This document shows positions 28,440-37,448 of a DNA stretch of 41,302 nucleotides, piece by piece (the stretch's first letter is position 1; each line of letters opens with the position of its first letter). Made by a program: the position numbers and the translations under genes. Origin of the DNA: an archaeon (GTDB lineage Archaea > Iainarchaeota > Iainarchaeia > Iainarchaeales > 1-14-0-10-31-34); the NCBI GenBank assembly GCA_043815885.1, contig JBDRIL010000061.1, forward strand, positions 1 through 41,302. The letters run 5' to 3'. Below the pieces are notes generated by a model. That model saw nothing but the letters and a program-made list of their open reading frames with translations, was not told the origin of the DNA and did no database searches.

Positions 28440-29968
28440 GTAAAAAACATGATTGGTTTATTGCTGAAGAAATTTCCAGAACGCACTATCATTTGCTTGA
28501 ACCAGTTTTAAATTATTGGGGGAACTACTTAGAAAAAGACATTGGGATAAAATTAAACGTAATGGCAGTTTTCAGGAAAGGAGACATGTGCATTATTTGG
28601 GGGAGAAAAAAATTCACGGAAGCCGGAAAAAGAATGTTAAAAAAAACTCTTGATAACCCAAAATGGTTTTTGAAAAAGGACAGCGACTTGGAAAAAACAG
28701 CAAAAGAACTAATTAAGTCTTCAAAAAAACTGCAAAAAACCGATTTCTCTAAATCATCAGATGAACAACTAGAAAAAATTTTTTCAAAACACATGGAAGT
28801 GCACTTCAAATGTCATGTATTGGGCATGCCCATGACAATCATTGAATGGGAGCATGAACTTTTGACAAATTACTTAACAAATTATTTGAATAAAAAAATC
28901 AAAGAAAAGAATATTCCATTAAAGGCAAGGGGGGCTTTTAGTTTATTGACAACCCCCATTAAAGATTCCTTTCAGTTAAAAGAAGAAAAAGAGGCCATTA
29001 AAGTGGCTTTAAAGATTTTAAAAGATAAAAAAATCAAACAACTTTTCATAAAAGAAAAACCAAAAGAAATAATTGAATTATTGCCTTCAACAAACAAAGA
29101 AATTGATAAAGAAATCCATTCCCTTCACAAAAATTATTCATGGTTGCCTTACATGTACATTGGTCCAGCATGGGAAAAGAGTTACTTTATTGAACAAATA
29201 AAAAATTTATTGAGAGATGAAAAAGAATTGCCAAGGCTATTGGAAAAAATGAATAATAGAGTGAAGGAAGTTAAACAAAAGCATAAAAACTTATTTAAGA
29301 AACTTTCAATTGATAAAAAGCATCAAATTCTTTTACGAATTTTAAGAGAGAATGTTTATTTAAAAGGATTAAGAAAAGACTCACTTTACTTCTCTTTTTA
29401 TTCCTATGAACCCTTACTTAAAGAGATTGGAAGAAGGCTTCATCTCTCCTTAAATCAATTAAGGTTTATGTGGCCAAGTGAATTCAGGGAAGCCATTTTA
29501 GAAAAAAAATTTGATCCAGATGAATTAAACGAGAGATACAAATTTAGCGTTTACGTTTGCATTAATGGAAAAGACAAAACAGTGACTGGGAAAAAAGCTG
29601 AATTTTACGAAAAACAAATCCCTAACCCAAAAGATTATAAAATAACTGAGTTGGAAGGAAGCACAGCTGTTCCGGGGATGGTTAAAGGGGTTGTTAAGAT
29701 TATTAATGTTCCAGAAGACGTATCTAAAATGAGAGAAGGAGATGTAATGGTCAGCCATTCAACTAACCCTAATTTAGTTCCTGCAATGAAAAAAGCTGGA
29801 GCAATCGTTACAGACATTGGGGGCATTACTTGTCATGCCGCAATCGTTAGCAGAGAGTTAAACATTCCCTGCGTAATAGGCACAAAGATTGCCACAAAGG
29901 TATTCAAGGACGGGGACCTAATTGATGTAAATGCAAATCACGGCATTGTAAAAAAGGTGAAGAAGTGA
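28436..29968 (+). CDS. Dikinase substrate-binding + phospho-His swivel subunit, paralog 4
   Basis: TDIGGITCHAAIVSRELNIPCVIGT; ATGA overlap with paralog 3. Confidence 0.85.
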   Translation: MSKKHDWFIAEEISRTHYHLLEPVLNYWGNYLEKDIGIKLNVMAVFRKGDMCIIWGRKKFTEAGKRMLKKTLDNPKWFLKKDSDLEKTAKELIKSSKKLQKTDFSKSSDEQLEKIFSKHMEVHFKCHVLGMPMTIIEWEHELLTNYLTNYLNKKIKEKNIPLKARGAFSLLTTPIKDSFQLKEEKEAIKVALKILKDKKIKQLFIKEKPKEIIELLPSTNKEIDKEIHSLHKNYSWLPYMYIGPAWEKSYFIEQIKNLLRDEKELPRLLEKMNNRVKEVKQKHKNLFKKLSIDKKHQILLRILRENVYLKGLRKDSLYFSFYSYEPLLKEIGRRLHLSLNQLRFMWPSEFREAILEKKFDPDELNERYKFSVYVCINGKDKTVTGKKAEFYEKQIPNPKDYKITELEGSTAVPGMVKGVVKIINVPEDVSKMREGDVMVSHSTNPNLVPAMKKAGAIVTDIGGITCHAAIVSRELNIPCVIGTKIATKVFKDGDLIDVNANHGIVKKVKK

Positions 29969-31500
29969 GCAGAGAAAATGACTGGTTTTCAATGGAGTCA
30001 CTTAGAAGAATTAGTCCATTCCATTTAGTCGGCTTTTTCAGGCACTGTTGCGTTGATTTGAATGAGCTTTATGGAATAAGGCTTGATGGGGCCTGCTCTT
30101 TTCACGGAAAGAACACCGAGCTTCTCTTCAACAAAAACCAATTCAATAGTGCAGCAAAAAAATCACTTAAAATAATAATTAAGAATCCAAAAATAATGGT
30201 TGATGAACACAATAAATTAATCAGGGCAGCCAACAGATACAAGAAAGCTGCACAGAGAATTCTTAGAACTGATTTAAAGAAGCTTTCAAAAAAAGGGCTT
30301 GCAGATTTATGCACTGAATACGCAAAAGCATATCATGCTTCCCATGGAAGGTATGGAGGCCACTTGCTTCAGCTAACGGAATTTGAGAACGAGTTATTTA
30401 CTAAATTCATTCATTCCATTTTAGAGAAAAAAATTAGGAAACACAATTTAACTGAATCTGTGGGAGAAGCTTTTGCGCTTGTTTCGACCCCAGAAAAACT
30501 CACAAACATTCAAAAACAGGAAATTGAATTATTCAATCTTTATTTAGAGTTACTGAAAAAACCTAAATCGCTTAAATTCTTCAGAAAGCATTCAGAAAAA
30601 GAAATAGAAAAAAAGCTCTCTTCTTTGGATTCATCTTTTTCAAGAAAAATTAACAGACACTGCAATAAATGGCTGTGGCTTCCCTATATGTATGAAGGCC
30701 CTCCCTGGGAAAAGAGTTACTTTATTGGAGTTCTTTCTTCCATGGCAAGACAGTACCTCACTGAATCAGAAGTAAACCTAAAAAAAGGGGAATCAAAGGA
30801 ATTAATTAAAAGAAAAAGGGGATTCATGAAAAAACTCCCTTTAAATGAAAAGGAAAAGATTTATTTCAAGTTATTGTCTGATTCTGTTTACCTCAAGAGC
30901 TATAGAAAGGATGTAATGTATTATGCGTGTTTTGCTTCAGAGAAATTATTTTCCGAGGTTGGAAGAAGGTTATTTCTTTCCTTAAACCAGGTAAGGCATT
31001 TCATTCCAGGAGAAATAAAACAAGCAATCCTCTCAAACAAATTTTCAATTCAAGAATTAAATAACAGGATTGATTTTACTGTAATTAAATGGATTAACGG
31101 AAAAGAAGAAATTTTAACCAAAGAAAAAGCAAGAGCTTTTTTCAACAAAGTATTCAAATCAATGAAGATAAAAAAAGTAAATAAATTAACTGGAAGCACT
31201 GCTGTTCCAGGCAAAGTTAAAGGAACAGTGAAAGTAGTCAATCATCCAAATGAAATCTATAAAATGAATAAAGGGGATGTAATGGTCAGCCATTCAACTA
31301 ACCCTAATTTAGTTCCTGCAATGAAGATTGCTTCAGCAATCATTACAGATGTAGGAGGAGTTACTTGTCATGCAGCAATTGTAAGCAGGGAATTAAACAT
31401 TCCATGCATTATCGGAACAAAGGTAGCCACAAAGATATTCAAGGATGGAGACAAAGTTGAAGTGAATGCGACAAAAGGAATAATAAGGAAATTGAAGTAA
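29965..31500 (+). CDS. Dikinase substrate-binding + phospho-His swivel subunit, paralog 5
   Basis: TDVGGVTCHAAIVSRELNIPCIIGT; GTGA overlap with paralog 4. Confidence 0.85.
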   Translation: MSRENDWFSMESLRRISPFHLVGFFRHCCVDLNELYGIRLDGACSFHGKNTELLFNKNQFNSAAKKSLKIIIKNPKIMVDEHNKLIRAANRYKKAAQRILRTDLKKLSKKGLADLCTEYAKAYHASHGRYGGHLLQLTEFENELFTKFIHSILEKKIRKHNLTESVGEAFALVSTPEKLTNIQKQEIELFNLYLELLKKPKSLKFFRKHSEKEIEKKLSSLDSSFSRKINRHCNKWLWLPYMYEGPPWEKSYFIGVLSSMARQYLTESEVNLKKGESKELIKRKRGFMKKLPLNEKEKIYFKLLSDSVYLKSYRKDVMYYACFASEKLFSEVGRRLFLSLNQVRHFIPGEIKQAILSNKFSIQELNNRIDFTVIKWINGKEEILTKEKARAFFNKVFKSMKIKKVNKLTGSTAVPGKVKGTVKVVNHPNEIYKMNKGDVMVSHSTNPNLVPAMKIASAIITDVGGVTCHAAIVSRELNIPCIIGTKVATKIFKDGDKVEVNATKGIIRKLK

Positions 31501-31516
31501 ATGTTTAGGAGGTATT

Positions 31517-32461
31517 ATGATGCAATTTGTTTCGCCTTTTAGTAAGCTGAACAGAAGCAGTGTGTCAATTGCCGGAGGAAAAGGAGCACAGTTGGGAGAG
31601 ATGTACAGTAAAAAAATTCCTGTTCCGAATGGTTTTGCTGTATTGACTGATTCATTCAATTTATTCTTAAAGGAAAATAAATTGGAGGAAGCAATAGAGA
31701 AAGAATTGAAGAAAGTAAATGCAAAGAAAACTGATTCAGTGAATAATGCCTCAAAAAAAATCCGTTCAATGATTGCAAGAGGAAAAGTCCCAAAAGAAGT
31801 GGAAAAAGCAATTCTCCAACAATTCAATGAATTGAAAGCAAAATATGTTGCTGTAAGGAGTTCTGCTACAGCAGAGGATGCAAAGGATGCTTCCTGGGCG
31901 GGAGAACTTGAAACATATACAAATGTAGTGAAAAAGGATTTAGTGGAAAAAGTAAAAACCTGCTGGGGTTCATTGTTTACCCCCAGAGCGATTTTTTACA
32001 GGATAGAGAAAAAACTGAAAGGAAAAGAAGTGAGTGTAGGGGTTGTTGTCCAGAAAATGATTGAATCAGAGGTAAGTGGTGTAGCATTTACAGTTAACCC
32101 AGTAACCAATAATGAAAATGAAATAATTATTGAGGCAGCCTATGGTTTGGGAGAGAGTGTTGTAGGAGGAACGGTAACCCCAGACAGATACACTGTAAAT
32201 AAAAAAGAGAATTTCATTGAAAACATTGAAATAAATGCACAGGAAAAAATGATTACATTAGTGAAGGGAAAAGAAAAAGAAATAAAGGTAAAGGATTCAG
32301 AGCAGGAAAACCAAAAGCTTTCAGGAGAGCAAATAATGAAGTTATCTGAAATGTGCAATAATATTGAAAGAATCTATAACTTCCCTCAGGACATTGAGTT
32401 TGCTTTGGAGAAAAATAAGTTCTTTATTCTCCAAACCCGCCCAATAACAACTCTTAAGTGA
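31517..32461 (+). CDS. Stand-alone PPDK/PEP-synthase N-terminal ATP-grasp subunit
   Basis: AGGKGAQLGEM, VPNGF, VAVRSSATAED, SWAGE, VVVQKM, SGVAFT, GLGESVVGG..PD, QDIEFA; ends LQTRPITTLK* with no His domain. SD AGGAGGT. Confidence 0.9.
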   Translation: MMQFVSPFSKLNRSSVSIAGGKGAQLGEMYSKKIPVPNGFAVLTDSFNLFLKENKLEEAIEKELKKVNAKKTDSVNNASKKIRSMIARGKVPKEVEKAILQQFNELKAKYVAVRSSATAEDAKDASWAGELETYTNVVKKDLVEKVKTCWGSLFTPRAIFYRIEKKLKGKEVSVGVVVQKMIESEVSGVAFTVNPVTNNENEIIIEAAYGLGESVVGGTVTPDRYTVNKKENFIENIEINAQEKMITLVKGKEKEIKVKDSEQENQKLSGEQIMKLSEMCNNIERIYNFPQDIEFALEKNKFFILQTRPITTLK

Positions 32462-32465
32462 ATTT

Positions 32466-33071
32466 TTAAATGAATCCAAGGCGCTTTAATTCTTCTCTCA
32501 ATTCAGGAACTGACCTGAATTGAATTGCGTGAATCCCTAGATTAGCTGCAGGAGGAAGGTTTTCTTCATGGTCGTCCACAAAAACACATTTATCTGCTTT
32601 TACTCTCAATTCCTTTAACATCATTTGATATATTTTTGCATTGGGTTTCGTTACTCCATATCTTCCGGAAACAGCCTTTACATCGAATATTTCATCCAAA
32701 CCGAATTTCCTTTCAAACAACTTATACGCTTCCCAGTTAAGGTTAGAGCACACGCCCACTAACCGATTCTTCCTTAATTCCCTTAATAATTCCTTGAAGC
32801 CAGGCCTCATAAATATTTCTTCTGTATAGAATTCCCCTGAAAAAACCACTCCTCCCAGATCAAATACCACTGCTGAATCCAGATAGAATTTCCTGTAACC
32901 TCTGACAATAATAACTACAAAAGAAGCAATAATATAGGTTGCAACCAGAATTACTGCCAATTCATATAAATTCTGAAAATTGAATCTTCCGGTTGAATAA
33001 AGAAAGGCTATAAAGACAAAAGTAAGCAGTACTCTCGACAATGAAAGCCTGAAAAAACTCCTTAACTGCAT
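32466..33071 (-). CDS. Membrane-anchored HAD-superfamily hydrolase (YihX-like motifs, little or no cap)
   Basis: Two N-terminal hydrophobic segments; FDLGGV (motif I), CSN (II), KP (III), FVDD..EN (IV). Confidence 0.8.
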   Translation of the reverse strand: MQLRSFFRLSLSRVLLTFVFIAFLYSTGRFNFQNLYELAVILVATYIIASFVVIIVRGYRKFYLDSAVVFDLGGVVFSGEFYTEEIFMRPGFKELLRELRKNRLVGVCSNLNWEAYKLFERKFGLDEIFDVKAVSGRYGVTKPNAKIYQMMLKELRVKADKCVFVDDHEENLPPAANLGIHAIQFRSVPELREELKRLGFI

Positions 33072-33127
33072 TTGAACTCAAAAGAATAATAGTAGAAGTG
33101 TTATTTTAAGTTTTACCTAAATCGCTC

Positions 33128-34237
33128 TTAAGGCAGGAAATCCTTTGATTTGATTTTTTCAGGGAGATACGTTTCAGTAATAAACCTTATTCCTTTCTTG
33201 CTTAAGGCTTCCAATTCCAGCTTTATTTCTCTTTCCTTCATTAACTTGAATTCCTGCTGCCATTCCTTTTTCTTGAACCATTCATATTCTTTCATTTCGT
33301 TTAATCTTTTTACATCCAGTTTATTTAATTTAATGGTTACTTCTTTTGGAATCTTGAATGTATCAACATCACTCACTGTCAATCCAATGTATTTAGTGCT
33401 GGGGGTAGCTAACTTTTCCTCAGAATAACTTAGAGAAATTGACCCTTGCTTTATTACAGAATAAATATACATCCCCCAAGGGTCAGCATCCATTAAGGCA
33501 TATACAGGCAATTTTTCTTCTCTGTTCAGTCTCTGCACAAACCTTCTTTCCGCCCTGGAAGGCTGGCCTCTTCCAGTAATAATAATGCATTTATTCTTCT
33601 TCCAGAACAAGTCTTCATTAAACCTCTTCCACACAGCATCCTTTTCAATGAACAACACATATTCAGCATCAATGTCCTTTATCTCTATCCTGTCAGGTTC
33701 AACATTTGACGGAACCCCCCATCCACCTGAACCCATTTTATTTAAATCAATTGTATCCTTTCCGTCCTTTATCTTCATATTCCCAGTAATAACTCCCTTG
33801 GAGGAAGCAGAAAGATGAAGTTCTTCCCTTAAAAGATTCAAAGAAGCTTCAATGTCCTCCACAATTGGATCACTTTCACTCTGATCTTCGAACGTGTTCT
33901 CATTTGTTCCCTCTATTGTATGCTTTAATGCATAATATAAATCCCTGATAGAAATCGTTGCTTTTTCATCAATCACTTTCCTTATCTCTGATGCAACAAG
34001 CATTGTCTGCATAAACTTTCTTGTATGAGCAATATTAAGGAACTGCCTTGAACTCTTCTTATCCCCAAGCTTGATTGTTTTACTGTTCTTATCAAAATAA
34101 ATATTTCCTAAAGTCCTTACAGGCAATTCATAGGATGGATTCTCCCCGTTCATTATCTGTTTATAGATTGATTTTCCCGCCCCAGCAAGTTTTTCCTGTA
34201 CTTCCTTGTCCTTATCCTTCCCCGACTTATTTGCCAT
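33128..34237 (-). CDS. top6A: DNA topoisomerase VI subunit A
   Basis: SIRDLYY (catalytic Tyr), FEDQSESD, IEKDA, GRGQP, DADPWG, KLELEAL. Confidence 0.96.
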   Translation of the reverse strand: MANKSGKDKDKEVQEKLAGAGKSIYKQIMNGENPSYELPVRTLGNIYFDKNSKTIKLGDKKSSRQFLNIAHTRKFMQTMLVASEIRKVIDEKATISIRDLYYALKHTIEGTNENTFEDQSESDPIVEDIEASLNLLREELHLSASSKGVITGNMKIKDGKDTIDLNKMGSGGWGVPSNVEPDRIEIKDIDAEYVLFIEKDAVWKRFNEDLFWKKNKCIIITGRGQPSRAERRFVQRLNREEKLPVYALMDADPWGMYIYSVIKQGSISLSYSEEKLATPSTKYIGLTVSDVDTFKIPKEVTIKLNKLDVKRLNEMKEYEWFKKKEWQQEFKLMKEREIKLELEALSKKGIRFITETYLPEKIKSKDFLP

Positions 34238-34244
34238 TCCTCAA

Positions 34245-35990
34245 TCACCCTTTCTTTTTTCCTTTTTTGGATTTCTTTTCCTTCTTTTTTTCCTCTTTCT
34301 TTACTTCTTTCTCTAATTGTTTTTCTATTTCTTCGTCGCTAACGTCATTCACTTTGTTTTCTTCTTCTTCTTCCTCTATCTTTAATCTTTTCATTACAAT
34401 ATTCAATAATTTTTTCTCTATCTCTGCCTTTGGTTTCCCTGTCATTTCAGAGACAGCTAATGCGACTTCTGTTGCATACTTCAAGTACATTCTCTTCTTT
34501 TCCAGTTTTTCTTTTTCCTTTCTCTTTCCGACAATGTGCCTTGCAATCCTTCTTGCGGCATCCATTAATGCAAGCCTTAATTCCTCCACTACCTCTTCTT
34601 CGTCCGCAATTGCCTGTTTTCCAGCAGAAGTGTAGGGCACATACACAGAAATAAAGTTAACGAAAATAGTCAGAGGGGCATTATCAATGTCCTGTACTCC
34701 ATACCTCTTCCATTCAATTGAATTCACTGCTTTGGTTATTGCGCAAGCGCCTCCATCAAACAATAATGGAGCCCTGTTTGCGAACCTCATTATCTCCATT
34801 CTCTTTAATTCTTCTATTCCCTCTTTCTTTTCGTTGTTTCCGTTTGTTGATCTTCCTGCCTCTCCTCCAAATGCAACAGCTACTTCTACCTGAAATGGAA
34901 ATCCCCCGGAATAAACCTGCGGTTTCCTTGTAATAACACTCAGAAATTCTGGTTTAACAATTGATTCAAGTGAAGTCTTGATTCTGTGCTCTCCAATAGG
35001 CCTTAATGCATCCACTCTTGGGGCAATGAACTGGATTTCCTTGAATGCTTTAACGATTTCCTCTGCCTCTTCCCATCCAATTTTCCTTGGATCCTTATTC
35101 ATGTCGAAAGTTATTTTCCTACTTATTTCTTCCACTGCCTTGTCTCCCATTCTATCAAATTCATTCTTCAGGAAAGAACCAACCTTCCTTGAATCAGAGT
35201 ACTTTGCAAGAGTAATTAATTCATCTACTGTTACACCTCTTGGATGAGGTTTGACTGGAGTAGGCTTTTCCGGTATGTCATTTAAACTTCTCTTGAAAAC
35301 AGTTTTCTCTCCAAAAGGATCAACAAAAGTAATCTGTGCATGAGGATTGGCTATTGCAGTCCTCCTCAAATACTCTAACGGGCCTTGTTCTGAAACCCTG
35401 TACAATACATCCTTGAATTTTGCCTGTATAGCCAAGCCCTGAAATTGTTTTTCTATGTCCTTCAAGTTAATTATTTTTGGTTCATTCTTTTTTGGGTCAA
35501 TAGTTAATTCCAAAGAAAAAGTCTTTCCCTTTCCTGTCCCACTGATTACCTTTACCGGCTTTCCAGTGGTAATCTGTGAAAAGAGTGTAACTCCAGCAGC
35601 TCCAATGCCTTGCTGGCCTCTTGATTGAACCATTCTGTGAAACTTGGTTCCAGCAAGAAGCATTCCCAATGCCTTTCCAACAGTTTCTTTTGTAAGTCCT
35701 GGGCCATTATCCTTTACTGTTAATTCATAGTACTCTGTTCCAAGTTCAGACATTTTTATTTCCAAGTCTGGGAGTATTTTTGCTTCCTCTGTTGCATCAA
35801 GTGAGTTTGTACAATACTCGTGTACAATTGTTGTTAGTGTCCTGATCTTTCCATACAATCCAAGCATCTGTCTGTTCTTCTTGAAGAATTCAGCCACACT
35901 GTGCTCTCGGAAATCCTTTGCTAACTCTTCTGCAGTAATCGGTCTCTCAACTTTCTTTTCCTCTGTTTTAACTTCTTTCTCTCCCGCCAT
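34245..35990 (-). CDS. top6B: DNA topoisomerase VI subunit B
   Basis: SVAEFF, HEYCTNSLDA, DNGPG, GTKF, SRGQQGIG, RFANRAPL, PYTSAGKQAI. Confidence 0.96.
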   Translation of the reverse strand: MAGEKEVKTEEKKVERPITAEELAKDFREHSVAEFFKKNRQMLGLYGKIRTLTTIVHEYCTNSLDATEEAKILPDLEIKMSELGTEYYELTVKDNGPGLTKETVGKALGMLLAGTKFHRMVQSRGQQGIGAAGVTLFSQITTGKPVKVISGTGKGKTFSLELTIDPKKNEPKIINLKDIEKQFQGLAIQAKFKDVLYRVSEQGPLEYLRRTAIANPHAQITFVDPFGEKTVFKRSLNDIPEKPTPVKPHPRGVTVDELITLAKYSDSRKVGSFLKNEFDRMGDKAVEEISRKITFDMNKDPRKIGWEEAEEIVKAFKEIQFIAPRVDALRPIGEHRIKTSLESIVKPEFLSVITRKPQVYSGGFPFQVEVAVAFGGEAGRSTNGNNEKKEGIEELKRMEIMRFANRAPLLFDGGACAITKAVNSIEWKRYGVQDIDNAPLTIFVNFISVYVPYTSAGKQAIADEEEVVEELRLALMDAARRIARHIVGKRKEKEKLEKKRMYLKYATEVALAVSEMTGKPKAEIEKKLLNIVMKRLKIEEEEEENKVNDVSDEEIEKQLEKEVKKEEKKKEKKSKKGKKKG

Positions 35991-36003
35991 TAAATCACTT
36001 CAA

Positions 36004-36534
36004 TTAAAGTTCAAATTTTTTTCTTTCTTTTCTTGCAAGAAATGCATGAGCTGTCTTGTGTGAAGCCCCTCCTAAAAGCAGGTCAACTGCCTTCCTTGCA
36101 TTTTCTATGTTATTCACCTTTCCTATTATTGCAATCGTTTTACCGTAAACAGAGACAAGGCAGTTGGTTTTTTCCTCTATTTCTTTTCTTGCTTTTCCCT
36201 TTCTTCCAATCACTCTTCCTCTCTTTGTCTTAAGCATTTTTTCTGATTTTCCCAGTTCTTCTTTTAAGTCAATTATCTCCAGTGTGTTTTCTTCGTTCTT
36301 CAATAAAAAAGCGTGTTCAGGGGAAAAACCCCTTCCAATAGCCTTAATAATATTCAGTGCAATATAAAAATTTATTGCATTCCCTTCCTCTGCCGAAACA
36401 TCAATGTCCCCATCTTCACTATCAACCTCAATTTTTGTATTGGTCAACTTTTCAATCTCTCTTTTTGTTTCTCCATTCGTTCCAATAACCACTGCAATCC
36501 TTTCCTTCGGGATTTTAAGGTATTCTTCAAGCAT
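36004..36534 (-). CDS. KH-domain RNA-processing protein (Dim2/Pno1/Krr1 family)
   Basis: IPKERIAVVIGTNGETK, AIGRGFSPE, GRVIGRKGKAR, VYGKTIAIIG, GASH; likely start MLEEYLKIP at 36534. Confidence 0.92.
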   Translation of the reverse strand: MLEEYLKIPKERIAVVIGTNGETKREIEKLTNTKIEVDSEDGDIDVSAEEGNAINFYIALNIIKAIGRGFSPEHAFLLKNEENTLEIIDLKEELGKSEKMLKTKRGRVIGRKGKARKEIEEKTNCLVSVYGKTIAIIGKVNNIENARKAVDLLLGGASHKTAHAFLARKERKKFEL

Positions 36535-36652
36535 CTTAGGATTCCCACAAGACAAAGCCATTAATCAATAAAAACCACTGTTTTTTTTCCTCAAAAAACA
36601 GGCAAATTCCACTAATATATATATTATAAAAGCAAAGGGTTTTTAAGATGAA

Positions 36653-37420
36653 TTACAGCCTTTCCTTTGCTTCCTTTATTTCTCTGTAAACTTCCTCGTA
36701 ATCCTTCTCCAATCCTTTTTTAGTGAAGTACTTGCTCACATTCCTTGCGTCTCTCTCAAAGAATTCCCTTGCCTTTGGATGAGTTGTAAGTACCCCTTGA
36801 CCTATATCAATCAATACTAATTCCTCTTCTCCTTCCTCTGTCTCATTAACCAGTACATTATACTCAGATAAATCTGAATGAATTAAATCAGTCTTATACA
36901 TTCTTGCAATCCATTCAATTATTGTTGAATAAGCTTTCTCCAAATTTCTCACACCAACTTCTTTCATTGTTTTTGCTGCTTCTCCTTCCTTGCTTCCAAT
37001 GAATTCCATTACCAATGCATTCTCTATATAACCTATTGCCAATGGAACCCTTACTCCTGCATTCCTTGCTTTCTCCAGGTTCTTTGATTCCTTTCTAGTC
37101 CAGGCAAAAACCAATCCCCTTCTGTCCTTTGGAACATGCTTGAATCTTTCATCTCCTGCAATATAATTAATCATGTGCTTGAAGTCAGTTGTAAGAGTCT
37201 TATAGATTTTTACTGCCCTAAAATTTCCTGCCCTGTCTCTCGCTCTAAAGACATGCGCTTCCTTTCCAGTGGAAATAACAAATTCAATATGGTCAATGAA
37301 TCCACGCAATGCAAGTTTATGCACTGCAGCAATGGTTGAAGAGTCAAAAACTTTGGCAAAAATTTTCTGGGTTCTCTCTTCAGGAACATACTTCTTTAGG
37401 GAAATAATTTCTTCTTTCAT
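36653..37420 (-). CDS. rio1: RIO1-family Ser/Thr kinase
   Basis: ISTGKEAHVF, AVKIY, LVMEFIG, IHSDLSEYNVL, IDIGQG, FFERD. Confidence 0.93.
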   Translation of the reverse strand: MKEEIISLKKYVPEERTQKIFAKVFDSSTIAAVHKLALRGFIDHIEFVISTGKEAHVFRARDRAGNFRAVKIYKTLTTDFKHMINYIAGDERFKHVPKDRRGLVFAWTRKESKNLEKARNAGVRVPLAIGYIENALVMEFIGSKEGEAAKTMKEVGVRNLEKAYSTIIEWIARMYKTDLIHSDLSEYNVLVNETEEGEEELVLIDIGQGVLTTHPKAREFFERDARNVSKYFTKKGLEKDYEEVYREIKEAKERL

Positions 37421-37448
37421 GGAAAAATAATTAGGTTACGAAGTCTTT

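Noticed and set aside
29741..31325. Diversity-generating retroelement TR/VR pair
   Set aside because: The copies are identical with no adenine-specific mismatches, both are coding, and no reverse transcriptase is present.
23934..32461. Annotation of the array as PEP synthase, pyruvate kinase or PTS enzyme I copies
   Set aside because: Only the His swivel or ATP-grasp domains are shared; no PEP/pyruvate-binding barrel is encoded in the array.
22321..33071. Integrated mobile element or defence island
   Set aside because: No integrase, transposase, att-like direct repeats or recognisable defence domains were seen.
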